DNA from: an uncultured Nitrososphaerales archaeon
GTDB lineage: Archaea > Thermoproteota > Nitrososphaeria > Nitrososphaerales > Nitrososphaeraceae
DNA: 64,000 nucleotides
Direction of reading: 5' to 3'
Assembly: GCA_963695855.1 (NCBI GenBank)
Contig: CAVOHZ010000003.1
Span: 1-64,000, forward strand
The notes under the pieces were generated by a model. The model was given only the letters and a program-made list of their open reading frames with translations, was not told the origin of the DNA and made no database searches. Shown here in pieces: positions 1-10,836 of this stretch (position 1 is its first letter; every line of letters starts with the position of its first letter). The position numbers were made by a program, and so were the translations under genes.

Positions 1-207
1 ATAATACATAGAAGAAGGGAACAAATATTTCATATAATAATACACCAAGAAGATGATGGATAGGTGAAAGAACAATAGCAATTGATAATTGTTATAAATT
101 TTCATAAATAAGATTCTTTAAATAATTGAATTTTTAAATTTTTAAATAGCTAATAATAATCCTGAAATATATCAATCATTTGATGGTTATTATTATTATT
201 ATTATTA

Positions 208-1131
208 TTATTCTAATGAAGAATATTTTAGATATTTTTCAAATCTATCTGCATAATTTTTCAATATGGGTTCTTGACTAATTAGGTAAAGTGACTTCAA
301 TTGCTGAATCTGCCCTTTCTGATAATCTCTCATTGTCCAATCTTCCATTAGGTCATAATTAGACCAGAAACCATTATCATATTTTACCAGATTTTCTTTT
401 AAATAATTTATTCCTTTGTCAAATATTGTTTTTGCTACAGGATCCTTGGTTTTTTCATAATAAGACCATATAGATAATAGAGATTGAGTATGACCATTTA
501 ATACATATGTCTTTTGAAAGCCAGGTTTTGCCAAAATATGAAGAAATAAAGAGTTATTTCCGATACCTTCGTAGGTTACAAAACCCCCTTCATCATAATC
601 CACCAAAAAAGATCTAATTATTTTTTTTGCTACATCCAGATATTTCTCACTTCCTGTTAATTCGTAAGCTAAAGTTAATACCTGCAACCCTTTTGCTTGT
701 GCTAATGCAGACGAATATGGCGGAGATATCCAACCATAAAACATCCATGGGTATTCGTATTCCCATAAAGAATATTCTCCCTTGTTATTAGCATTTTTTA
801 CAAGCCAGTCAGCAGAGCTGATAAATTTATCTTTTGACTGTTCTTTATCCTTGTCTTTTACATAGTCTGCATAATACATTAGCCCTCCACTTGCAACAGT
901 TAAAGGATTGTATACTTTCCTTTGAACGCCGTGATAATCAACTATTAAAACACCATTTTCATCAGCTTCTATCTTTGTGCGTGCACTTCCCAAGTCTGCC
1001 TCTACATTTGGAACTAAATTCAAGTTTACGAACGGGATACTCTGATTATTATCATAATAATAAAGTGTAATGTATATCAATGTTGAAATCATAAAGATCA
1101 TTAGATGACTTAGCGTCAGCCTCAGATACAT
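208..1131 (-). CDS. Membrane-anchored D-glucuronyl C5-epimerase family protein
   Basis: N-terminal TM segment; motifs YNPLTVA, SALAQAKGLQVL, YVLNGH..SL..IW.Y and YD.GFWSNYDL resemble the C5-epimerase C-terminal (alpha/alpha) domain. Confidence 0.8.
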   Translation of the reverse strand: MYLRLTLSHLMIFMISTLIYITLYYYDNNQSIPFVNLNLVPNVEADLGSARTKIEADENGVLIVDYHGVQRKVYNPLTVASGGLMYYADYVKDKDKEQSKDKFISSADWLVKNANNKGEYSLWEYEYPWMFYGWISPPYSSALAQAKGLQVLTLAYELTGSEKYLDVAKKIIRSFLVDYDEGGFVTYEGIGNNSLFLHILAKPGFQKTYVLNGHTQSLLSIWSYYEKTKDPVAKTIFDKGINYLKENLVKYDNGFWSNYDLMEDWTMRDYQKGQIQQLKSLYLISQEPILKNYADRFEKYLKYSSLE

Positions 1132-1167
1132 CTATAGAATTTAAATCTCCATTTTCTTATTATTATT

Positions 1168-1913
1168 TCACTCTATCGTGAACATCAATCGAAAATCACA
1201 ATTCGTATCGACTATATCGTATAAATCTCCTGCTTCGCCAGAACTTTCAGAGCAATAGTCATGTTTCAAGTCTTTTCCAAAATTATCTTTAACAGTAAAT
1301 TCCTTTGCTATTATACCGATAGCATCATTTTTGTCAAAAGCTGTTAATGGTTCAACAGCAAATCGTGATTTGTCCTTATCTTCTGATAATGGTACCCCCC
1401 ATTATCTAAGATAGTGGAAATATCTGGCAAGTAATTTTTTAGTTGGTCTGTTTTACTATCGTATTCTATCCCTAAGGTTATTATCCTCAAATTTTCGTTG
1501 CTCGGGATTTGTAAATTTATAAATTTCTCTCCTTTTGGAAATACGACTTTCTGACCACTTTCAACTCCTATACTTGAATTTGGTAGTAAGGATATTCTTT
1601 TTCCATTTACATAAGCATCAATCCTCCACTCGCCATCAAATAACAGATCATGATCACTGTTTATCTTAATTGAATCAAACGATATTTTCAAATCACGCAT
1701 AATTTCTGAATTGTTATTTGTGATATTGATAGACTCGTCGTCATTTATCTTTTCATCCTGGGCGAGACTTTGATCGATCTGGTTTAATAAAAGCAAGCTA
1801 GTACCTAATAAAAAACCAAAGGTTATCATGGTATTTACAGAATGCCTTTTAGGATAAAACATCTCCTTTTTATTTAAATTAGAGATGTTATTGACTCTAT
1901 CGACTTCTTTCAT
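1168..1913 (-). pseudogene. Secreted hypothetical protein, frameshifted at a G6 run
   Basis: ORF 1344-1913 shifts at the run at 1395-1400; another frame continues cleanly (VPLSEDKDKSRFAVEP...NCDFRLMFTIE*) to the stop at 1168. Confidence 0.65.
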
Positions 1914-2102
1914 TTTAGAATAATCTTCTTTTTCTATATAAAATCAATTTAAATTTTTATCGCCCAAAAATTATAATTTGAATAATAAATTTCTGAAATG
2001 AAAATCTTGATACTTTAAAATAGTTATTAAAACTAAAGAATACACCATATTTTGTTCGATCTATCAAGTCTAAATTGGTTATTATCGTTATTATTATTAT
2101 TA

Positions 2103-2441
2103 TTATTTGTTGTTTTCATTTTCTAAACTACTGTTATTTGATGTCAGCAAAAGTAATTCTTCGTCAACATTATTAAGATGTTGCATTGCTTCTATAAGAT
2201 CTCCTTTTTGTAAAGAAAGTCTAACCTCAAGGAGGTTTTCTCGAATTTCCTTTATTGAATCGCTATTCACGTCTATTGAATATGCGCGATCAATTGAAGA
2301 AAAAACAGGTACTGTGTTTATCAACACTGATGATAGAGCAACAGCAAGAAAAATATTTATCACAAAAATAAAGCTAAAGTTGATCATCCCCAAAAATTTA
2401 TTTACATAAACACTATTTAAAATATGCCCATGATGAGCCAA
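2103..2441 (-). CDS. Small secreted/membrane hypothetical protein
   Basis: Hydrophobic N-terminal segment followed by a helical hairpin; true start is probably the downstream Met (MINFSF). Confidence 0.55.
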   Translation of the reverse strand: MAHHGHILNSVYVNKFLGMINFSFIFVINIFLAVALSSVLINTVPVFSSIDRAYSIDVNSDSIKEIRENLLEVRLSLQKGDLIEAMQHLNNVDEELLLLTSNNSSLENENNK

Positions 2442-2526
2442 AAATTATTCATTGCATTATCATACTAATAATCAATTAATTTTTTCTATACCAAATTGTT
2501 TGATATTTTATATGATAGATATGGTA

Positions 2527-3240
2527 TCAAAGGAATCTAATAGAATCAATTAACTTTGTTACCTCTCCAAGGTTTTTAAAGTATCCTTCTTCGTTAGCGA
2601 TATATTCAATTTCATACACCTTATCCCCCTTTAAAACCCAGATATTCATTCCGTATCTTTTATCCTTAAATGATTCACTTGAATTACGGTGGTCTTCTAT
2701 CGAATATTCAAACTTCCAAGCTGGAATATTTTCTCTTCCAATATATTCCACGTTATTACTAACATAATTGAATTTAAGGTCAGAAAACAGAATCTCTAAA
2801 TCCTGGATTTTTATCTTTGCAAATTCTTTAAGTGAAATATTGTTCAAGTTCAAGTCATATGATAAGATATTAAGAATTGGAGGAAAATAGGAATAAAAAT
2901 AATTATAATAGTTTTTACTATTTTTATTCTTATAATCTTTATAAAGATCAGAATCGTGTATTTCGAGAGAGATTATTTTATCACTAGGAGGAAATATGTT
3001 AATAAATTCTGATATTTGCCAGTTAGATGGGTATTTAAAAACAAAATCAATTCTTGGATTTTCATAATTATAATAGAGCGTTCCATTTGTGTATTTGAAA
3101 GTCTTAATGTCAGGTTTCGTGTCTAATTGTCCTAGTGATGTGATTTGATTTAGGTAAAAACATTTTACTAGTATCAGTATGATAGCTATGATTAACAATC
3201 TGTAACATATACTACTACTACTACCATTCAATTTATCCAT
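2527..3240 (-). CDS. PsbP-related secreted protein
   Basis: Signal anchor; YENP..DFVFKYPSNW and K.GDKVYEIEY.A...IDSIRF patterns typical of PsbP-like proteins. Confidence 0.7.
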   Translation of the reverse strand: MDKLNGSSSSICYRLLIIAIILILVKCFYLNQITSLGQLDTKPDIKTFKYTNGTLYYNYENPRIDFVFKYPSNWQISEFINIFPPSDKIISLEIHDSDLYKDYKNKNSKNYYNYFYSYFPPILNILSYDLNLNNISLKEFAKIKIQDLEILFSDLKFNYVSNNVEYIGRENIPAWKFEYSIEDHRNSSESFKDKRYGMNIWVLKGDKVYEIEYIANEEGYFKNLGEVTKLIDSIRFL

Positions 3241-3638
3241 CTTAATGGCAAAACTATATTTAATCCCTTACAAATACCAATCAAAACCATATGAGGATTT
3301 CTGGTATACAATTCTTGATGACCCACACAAACCTATCTGTTTACTAAAATTATGTGGAAAAGAATTTGATTGTTGATAAATTGAGAAATCATGCTATGTA
3401 TTTTAGGACACATAACCATACATATAAATAAGATATTGTTTTATATTGCGTAAACCATCTAGCCTAAGTTGTCTCACTATCAATTTTAGCAGGCAAAAAC
3501 TGTCTCATATATAATTTATGACCATAATAATCTACTAATAAAATGATTAATTTTCTTATCATTTTAAGACTAAAAAATATAATAAAAAAATAGAGTGGTT
3601 TATGTCAATAACCGATGCTAGACCGCTGTCAGTTATGG

Positions 3639-3810
3639 TTATGGAATTGGAGTTGCTACCGGTAAGTAATTCTTTACAGTACAGACCTTGTTGTCGCCAG
3701 GTTTTAATTCTCCTTCACAATCTCCTTCATATATTATACATACGCCTGTTTGTTGCAATGGACCTTGAACTGAAACACCAATTACTCCACCTTGATCATA
3801 TCCAGAATTT
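3639..3810 (-). pseudogene. C-terminal remnant of a surface protein (Ig-like repeat)
   Basis: YEGDCEGELKPGDNKVCTVKN resembles the 'GDCSG.I..G..K.CT..N' surface-protein repeat; no credible N-terminus. Confidence 0.35.
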
Positions 3811-3826
3811 TTACACGATCTTTCTA

Positions 3827-4093
3827 CTGCGGTATATTGGAAAAGTGCAAAGATGATATATCTGGGGTCATCAGGCTGGTCCACGAATTCTGGTATCCCT
3901 ATTCGTAATGGATGGCATGGCTGGCGACATATTTTCGTTGGTGGTCATACTGGTCTTTCCGTGGATGTACATTTATGGTGTCGAACAAAATGGAGATCTA
4001 CGTTGGTATAACTATCATGGTAACGGCGAGGATGATGTAAGTGGGAATATAGGCTGGCATCAAAATTCTCGTAATTTTATAGGAAATGGATGG
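3827..4093 (+). pseudogene. Tachylectin-like beta-propeller remnant (about two blades, frameshifted)
   Basis: IYGVEQNGDLRWYNYHGNGEDDVSGNIGWHQNSRNFIGNGW, plus a preceding frameshifted copy DDISG/SSGWSTNSGIPIRNGWHGWRHIF. Confidence 0.55.
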
Positions 4094-5056
4094 TACAAAA
4101 GAAAAAATGGTCGTAATAGGTTAGAAAGTTTATTTCTAATATTACCAGCAAGATTAGATTTAATTTTTTATTTTTTTTCCTAAAAAATTCATACTAAATA
4201 ATTTCAATATAGAAAAGGGCAAAATAATAATAACCAACTAACATATAATAATTTTCTAATAGTTATGATACCAATCTTTTTTTGTTATTATAACATAGAC
4301 ATTCACTGTTTAAGGATTTACAAGTACAAAGTATGAAATAATCCATTTAGAATATATCACTTAATGCAGTTTCATGAGAAAACATAACTTGTTTCTTGTC
4401 ATTGAAGATCATTAATGATCTTAATTTATTATCTAAACAAATCAATGAAATAAAGATTAAATACAATAACAAGATTACTGGAATTTCTATTTCTTTGAAA
4501 TCTTATTTTCATACTGTAAAAAGAAGCCCAAAAGTGGGACCAAAATTTAGGTCAAATTTGTTTCACATCTCACTGGCCCCATTCTGATATTAGTTCGCTG
4601 GTAGGATTCACCCAAAAAAATGATAAGGCGAGTCAAAAATAATGAAAATAGAAAAGTCTTAAAGAATCAATGCATATTCATTATTTGTATATGCAATTAG
4701 ATCACAAGTTACAAAAGATTATAATCTTAGAAGATTAAGAATCTTTTTTTAATTATAGAGAATGGCATACAAACCATAATATGTCATATCAGATGTTTTT
4801 GTTACATTTTTTCTATTCGACCTGAGAATGAAGATTTTTGACCAGGAACTAATATATCTTCATATGCTTTTATATTATTATTCCTATTGTATTATCATTA
4901 ATTACCATTAATCTAAATATTGTACAAAAGAGATATACCAATAAGATATGAAATACAAAAATTGATAACCCTATTAAAGAAACTAGGTTGTATCAGGAAG
5001 TTTAGAATGGAGTTGTATGGAAGTCACTTTCAATTTGGTTTTATATTACCGAGATA

Positions 5057-5560
5057 TTCAGATAGGAGGAGTATACTCCTGTTCCTTTTGTTCCTGAGTT
5101 AAACCCTCAAATGCATTGACAAGTCTCCACTGTCTCTATCGATGGTCCCTAGGACCTAAAATCGTGGAAAATTGCGTCTATTTGTGCCTCATTTGAATCT
5201 GAAAAACAATCTTCCTGTTAGTTCTGTCATCAGCGGGAGTAACTTTTAACAGATCATTGGGTTAGCATTTCTGCATATATTTACAGGTTTTTATAGTATA
5301 TGATTCTATCTCGAAATTCGTTACCATTTTGTGTATTTGCCTCTGTCTGGAACCTTGTATTGCAGTCATTCCCTTTTCTGCTGCAGATGCAATACAGGTC
5401 TGAGGCAGGTATCTGGGAAGATATCTATACCATTTACGTTAATGGTACTTTAAGACATTTTATTGTTGGACGTTTACGGCTTCTTCTGACATTGTGTATT
5501 TGTATATTAGTTCTTGTAGATGTAATGACCAACAATCATGTCGCTACTATCATATAATAG
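5057..5560 (-). pseudogene. Decayed secreted hypothetical protein
   Basis: Broken frames give IKC../TINVNGIDI, TEANTQNGN and NAFEGLTQEQKEQEYTPPI*, resembling my recollection of Nitrososphaeraceae secreted proteins. Confidence 0.35.
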
Positions 5561-6199
5561 CACAAGATATGTCTTTGTTTGATTGCTGTTACGTTGTTAT
5601 TGAATTTTAATATAAATGAGGTTAAAAGGAACAATATCTAATCTTGTAAATATTTAATTATTATTGAAAATAATTAACTACATAAAAACATATCGGATGA
5701 CTGATCCCAAAGTACAATATCAAACAACATATTGATTGTTGTTGACGGACAAGAAATTTCTTCCACCATTCATAAATTTTTTTAACTCTATAAATCCATA
5801 ATTTTTTTAGAAGATCTATACTTTATTGATATTTATAATCCATTAAAACACGTTATGAATCTCTATTAAAAATGAATATCTTTACTATTTTACAATAAAT
5901 TAGTAGGTCATTTTAATACTTCAGGTTCTGCTGCTTCTACATCAATTTCAATCCAGTTAACTTGATTTATTTTTTCAAATTTCAACTATTAAATTGTCTT
6001 GTTTATTACATTTAACTTCTATAAATCAGAACTCTCTCTTTCTCTTTCAGGAATAAGATTATAGCAACTATAGAGGCGTGATTTGCTTTCATTAAAATAT
6101 GCAGAGTAATTATGAGTATTGATGATCGGGAATTTATTCAGATCAATATTGCTGTTTAACATTTGAAAAATTTCAGGTTGAGATTCTTTTATTATTTTT

Positions 6200-7016
6200 C
6201 TATTCTTTGATCTTCCTTTTTTTATTTGATTTAAAGTTTGTATAGAATCCTTCTGGTTTGTCTCTGTTAAACGGTTTGTCTCTGTTAAACGGTTTGTCTC
6301 TGTTAAACGGTTTGTCTCTGTTAAACGGTTTGTCTCTGTTAAACGGTTTGTCTCTGTTAAACGGTTTGTCTCTGTTAAACGGTTTGTCTCTGTTAAACGG
6401 TTTGTCTCTGTTAAACGGTTTGTCTCTGTTAAACGGTTTGTCTCTGTTAAACGGTTTGTCTCTGTTAAACGGTTTGTCTCTGTTAAACGGTTCTGTCTCT
6501 GTTAAACGGTTTGTCTCTGTTAAACGGTTTGTCTCTGTTAAACGGTTTGTCTCTGTTAAACGGTTTGTCTCTGTTAAACGGTTTGTCTCTGTTAAACGGT
6601 TTGTCTCTGTTAAACGGTTTGTCTCTGTTAAACGGTTTGTCTCTGTTAAACGGTTTGTCTCTGTTAAACGGTTTGTCTCTGTTAAACGGTTTGTCTCTGT
6701 TAAACGGTTTGTCTCTGTTAAACGGTTTGTCTCTGTTAAACGGTTTGTCTCTGTTAAACGGTTTGTCCGAATCAGATTGGAGGTTTTCTGGAACCAACTG
6801 TTCAGTAATTTCACCCGTTTGTGGTGTTTCAGAAATGTCCTCAACTGTCCAATAATGTCCTAAACTGCAGAAATAAAAATAATTTTCACTCGAAGTTTTG
6901 AAACAAGATATAAAATCAAGAGACAGATCATCTTTGCAAAATTTGCAATTACCAATATATTCCCCATTACTTTGCTGCTGCTGCTGCTGCTGCTGACATA
7001 TTATTACTGATATCAA
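6200..7016 (-). CDS. Zn-ribbon protein with ~28 PFNRDK repeats, split by a 1-nt insertion
   Basis: polyQ, CKFC...CSLGH, then a (PFNRDK)n tract. The extra C at 6493 splits it into ORFs 6483-7016 and 6200-6844; basic C-terminal tail KSNKKRKIKE. Confidence 0.55.
6255..6767. repeat. 18-bp tandem repeat GGTTTGTCTCTGTTAAAC, ~28 copies
   Basis: Directly visible; perfect except for one inserted C at 6493. Confidence 0.98.
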
Positions 7017-7778
7017 GCAGTAATAAATAATTTGTTAAAAATGAATTTCCTGGTAAATTTAATAGGCTATTTTGAAATTCAATTTCTTTGGAATTATCAG
7101 GGTAGATTTTAAAATGTGATAATAATTCTTCAAAATTCAAAAATTCAAAAAGTACGATAATGAGTGAAATAATATATATTTACAAAATTTCAATTCGATT
7201 TTTATGGTTTATAAATTATTTTACAATATCCTATTTGGATAATTTGTCATAACTTGAAATTTTATTTAACCAATTTTCTTGATATACCTGTTTTCATGGT
7301 AATTGTTCTATTTTTCCCGACTTTATTATTGAATGTCTATTAATTATATACATATATTTAAATATTGTAAGAGGGCAATTATCAAAATATTTTTTATTCA
7401 TTATGTTGATTTTTTTAAATGAATAATTACCATAACTACTATTCCATAAATCTTAATATAATATATCAAAGAAAAAATAAATTTTGCATGGCAATTATAT
7501 TGGCATTATTTCTTTATCTTATTGGCATAGTTTCTTCTATCCATTGAATAGAAAATCGAAAATAATATGACAAGGAGACATAGCTCCATATATGCATGAT
7601 CAGATTTTCGATTATTGTTGAAATGTAATCAAGAATTTTTTAATCTCAATACTAACTGTTAGTAAATCCTGTAATAATACAATAGAAATTTTTTAATATA
7701 AAATATCTATAAAGAAAATTACAGAAGATTATGATAAAAAATTAAAATCTAGTAAATTTTTCTATATAATGATCTATA

Positions 7779-8975
7779 TTGAAAATAGTTTTTAAAAGTA
7801 TCACTTTTATGCTTTTTCCTCTAGCACTATTATTTCTCCTCATTCCAGTTATCAATTTAGATGGTAGCTACTTTGCATTCGCCAAGAAATCTCATAATAG
7901 CGATGGAGACGATGACAATAGCAGTGATAGCACTAACCAAGATAGCAATAATGATGATGATAAAGGCGATGATGATAAAAAATCAAAAGATGATGATAAA
8001 AAGAAAGATAAGAAAAGCAAGAAAGATAAAAAGAAGAAAAAATCAAAGGACCATGACAATAATAAAACAGAAAACATTCCTGATAGCGTGAATAAAGTAG
8101 ATAATAACATGGACGATAGATTTGGAATAAAGTACATCTATCCTACGACCACAAATGGTCAAGAATGGTTTCTAAACATGGCAAATCCACTTGAGGACTC
8201 TCGTTTTAGTCCATTCAATTTAAACACAGCAAAAACAGACCCGAACCTTGAAATTTCTCAAAATAAAGATGGATCTTGGAAACTAAAATCGAAAAATTCT
8301 GAAGCCAAGGTAAGAATGGACGTCTTTACTTCCGAAGGATATCATCCTGAAAGGATAGAAACTTTTGACCATGAAAAACTAGCAGAAAAAGGCTATATGG
8401 AATCTACAACAGACTGGAAAAATGTTGAAATGACTGGATACATAAAATTGAATCATTATACTATTCCCCCTGATGAAGGAAAATTTACTTGGTATAATAG
8501 AGGGGGTCACCATAGTCTATCAAATCCTTGTGAGGGAGTTGGATACAAAGGAAGTATTTATTTTTCTGGAGATACAAAATTTTCAAAAGAACAGTGGCAT
8601 GTTAGCTATGTTTTCAGCGACATCAAGAAGGCAGCTGGACCTATCAAAGATAAGTGGATAGGTTACAAGTTTATAACATATAACATTGAAAACCCAGAAG
8701 ACCCATCTCGCACGATCGTAAAAATGGAGAGTTGGTTGGATCCCAGAAATGATGGGAATTGGATAAAAGTAGACGAACATACTGATAGCGGGAATTGGGG
8801 TCAAGCAGGTAAAAAATGTGACGGAGACACGGATCAAATTATCACATGGGGAGGTCCAATTGCAACCTTTAGATGGGATTTTGCAGATGATGTGGATTTC
8901 AAAAATTTGAGCGTTAGAGAGATTCAGCCACCTGTAAGTAGCCTGAACATATTGGAAAAAAATAATATAAACTGA
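7779..8975 (+). CDS. Secreted protein with D/K-rich linker and Trp-rich, probably beta-sandwich carbohydrate-binding or lyase-like domain
   Basis: Signal peptide (AFA), D/K low-complexity tract, then DRFGIKYIYPT, WKNVEMTGY and WGGPIATFRWD motifs. Confidence 0.6.
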   Translation: MKIVFKSITFMLFPLALLFLLIPVINLDGSYFAFAKKSHNSDGDDDNSSDSTNQDSNNDDDKGDDDKKSKDDDKKKDKKSKKDKKKKKSKDHDNNKTENIPDSVNKVDNNMDDRFGIKYIYPTTTNGQEWFLNMANPLEDSRFSPFNLNTAKTDPNLEISQNKDGSWKLKSKNSEAKVRMDVFTSEGYHPERIETFDHEKLAEKGYMESTTDWKNVEMTGYIKLNHYTIPPDEGKFTWYNRGGHHSLSNPCEGVGYKGSIYFSGDTKFSKEQWHVSYVFSDIKKAAGPIKDKWIGYKFITYNIENPEDPSRTIVKMESWLDPRNDGNWIKVDEHTDSGNWGQAGKKCDGDTDQIITWGGPIATFRWDFADDVDFKNLSVREIQPPVSSLNILEKNNIN

Positions 8976-9171
8976 TAACTGCATGATTGAGATTAATTAA
9001 ATTATTCAAAAATTAAACTAGTAATGTAATCTATTAAATACCAATCCAAAAGATACAAATAGATAATAGAATGAGGTGAGACATTTAAATAGATATTTAC
9101 AAGACCACTTTTCAACGATTGTTATTATTTGAAACCATACATATTTAAAAAAGAGAATGTAAGCTGATAAT

Positions 9172-9238
9172 GGGAATGAAGTGATAAGCTGCTCCAGTCT
9201 GAGTTACAAGCTATGAAGTACTCGCGACGAACTGACCC
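9172..9238 (+). ncRNA. Candidate C/D box guide sRNA
   Basis: GGG...CCC terminal stem, C-like ATGAAGT/GTGATAA, CTGA (D'), ATGAAGT (C'), CTGA (D), 11-12 nt GC-rich guides; TATA-like TTTAAAA ~25 bp upstream. Confidence 0.55.
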
Positions 9239-9349
9239 AAAAAATAAATAAATCTGATATCCTAATTGTTTGTTTAAAACATAGATCAATAGACATAGCA
9301 AAGAAAATAAAATAAAAGTAAAATAAAGTAAAGAAAAGTAAAGAAAACT

Positions 9350-10525
9350 TTATGTCTTTAGTTTTAACAGAGGCAAAGATAATAAAATTATCACAATTCC
9401 TGCCAGAAACCAAGCAATGTTATATCCGTATTCAGCTATGACATAGGAAAACATTACTGGAATCCAAAATGAGGTCGATAGCGAAATGCCATTAACAAAA
9501 CATACAGATAGAGTCTGATATTGCACTTTTACATCTTGATCCTGTTTTGCTTTTGCGTAGATTACAACAAATCCCATTGACAGAAAAATACCAGAGATCA
9601 GAATTGAAAAAATTACGATATAAATTGAATCAATATACAAAAGCATTATACTACAGGCAGAAATGACCGCTGAAAAGAACAAAAGTTTCTTTGTATCTTT
9701 AATCTTGTCGTACATCCTTCCAAAAAGAGGTGAAAATACTATACCTACTATCAAACTCAGACTTCCGAAAAAGCCTGCCAGAATTGGCTCCACATTTAAT
9801 TTTTCTATCAAATAAATAACCATAAAAGTTAGAGTCAAGCCTGCACCTGTTTGAAACCCCAGTAATGAAATTCCAAGAGTGATTAATGATCTGTTTAATA
9901 GTACTTTTTTTATTTCATTTATTTCAACTTTAACTCTCAATTTAAAGTCGCTAATTAAATAAAGTTCCATGACAGTGGCAATTATTATTCCTACAATTCC
10001 TCCAAATATAATGGACCAGCGCCAACCAAAGATCTCAGTTAATTCTATCCAGCCAAAAATTCCTAACAGTGCACCTATAGCGTGTGCCGAGTTGAGAATA
10101 CCAATCCCCAATCCAGTATTTTTTTCCCCTAAGAACCGAGATATCAAAGTAACACTTGGTCCAAAAAAACATGCCATGCCAGCGCCCACCAAAAATCTAA
10201 GAATTGCTATTTGTGTAATATCTTGTAAAAGACCAGAAATTACGACCATGGATGAAGAGAACAGGATACCAAAAACACCTACTTTACTGGCACCGAATTT
10301 TGCAACCAGTATTCCTGCTGGTACTTGAAAGATACCGACTCCTATGATAAAACTGGTAGTTATTAACCCTAAAGAGGAAATATCAAGACTGAAATCCTGA
10401 GATATAAAATAAAATATTGAAGAAATATTGAACCAATTTATTGTATATAAAATTCTAGCTAAAAATAAAGAAAATGGAATAGGTGAAAAAATCATTTCAA
10501 ATACTTTCATATATTTACAAAACAT
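9350..10525 (-). CDS. MFS transporter
   Basis: About 12 hydrophobic segments; motif A variants (GILVAKFG, GRMYDKIKD), LRFLVGAG and FGWRW. Confidence 0.9.
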   Translation of the reverse strand: MFCKYMKVFEMIFSPIPFSLFLARILYTINWFNISSIFYFISQDFSLDISSLGLITTSFIIGVGIFQVPAGILVAKFGASKVGVFGILFSSSMVVISGLLQDITQIAILRFLVGAGMACFFGPSVTLISRFLGEKNTGLGIGILNSAHAIGALLGIFGWIELTEIFGWRWSIIFGGIVGIIIATVMELYLISDFKLRVKVEINEIKKVLLNRSLITLGISLLGFQTGAGLTLTFMVIYLIEKLNVEPILAGFFGSLSLIVGIVFSPLFGRMYDKIKDTKKLLFFSAVISACSIMLLYIDSIYIVIFSILISGIFLSMGFVVIYAKAKQDQDVKVQYQTLSVCFVNGISLSTSFWIPVMFSYVIAEYGYNIAWFLAGIVIILLSLPLLKLKT

Positions 10526-10836
10526 TTTGATTGATAGTGAGATCTCATAAAATCGTTATCATTGTATTTTATAGCGCATCTTTATAACCATACAAGATGC
10601 TAGCAAGATGATTATTCGAAATTCTGACCAACTGATGGTTTTTCACTTGAAATATAATGTATCGATGTTCAAAAAAAGATAGTACTGACAAGAGTTCACC
10701 AAAAGTTATTAGAATCACTATTTATTTCTATAAATCTTTTAAGATTAATAGATTATAAAAATTTTCCAATATCTAGATTAACTACATTTTAGAGCAAAAA
10801 TTAATACTGTAATAATGATATTATACAGACGAACAA

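Noticed and set aside
4396-5557. Plus-strand ORFs 4396-4587, 4920-5102 and 5300-5557
   Set aside because: No motifs; the last two overlap a decayed minus-strand gene
6255-6767. Possible CRISPR array (repeat has GTTT...AAAC ends)
   Set aside because: Units are contiguous 18-mers with no spacers, and no cas genes are present
6258-6863. Plus-strand ORFs (SLLNGL)n / (FVSVKR)n and the minus-strand (TNRLTE)n frame
   Set aside because: Stop-free shadow frames of the tandem repeat
834-10328. Short ORFs overlapping real genes (834, 2107, 7861, 7892, 8473, 8583, 9969)
   Set aside because: Antisense or off-frame to better-supported CDSs, with no recognisable motifs
10605-10650. Second possible C/D box sRNA (GATGATTA...CTGA)
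   Set aside because: AT-rich short guides, no convincing terminal D box or stem
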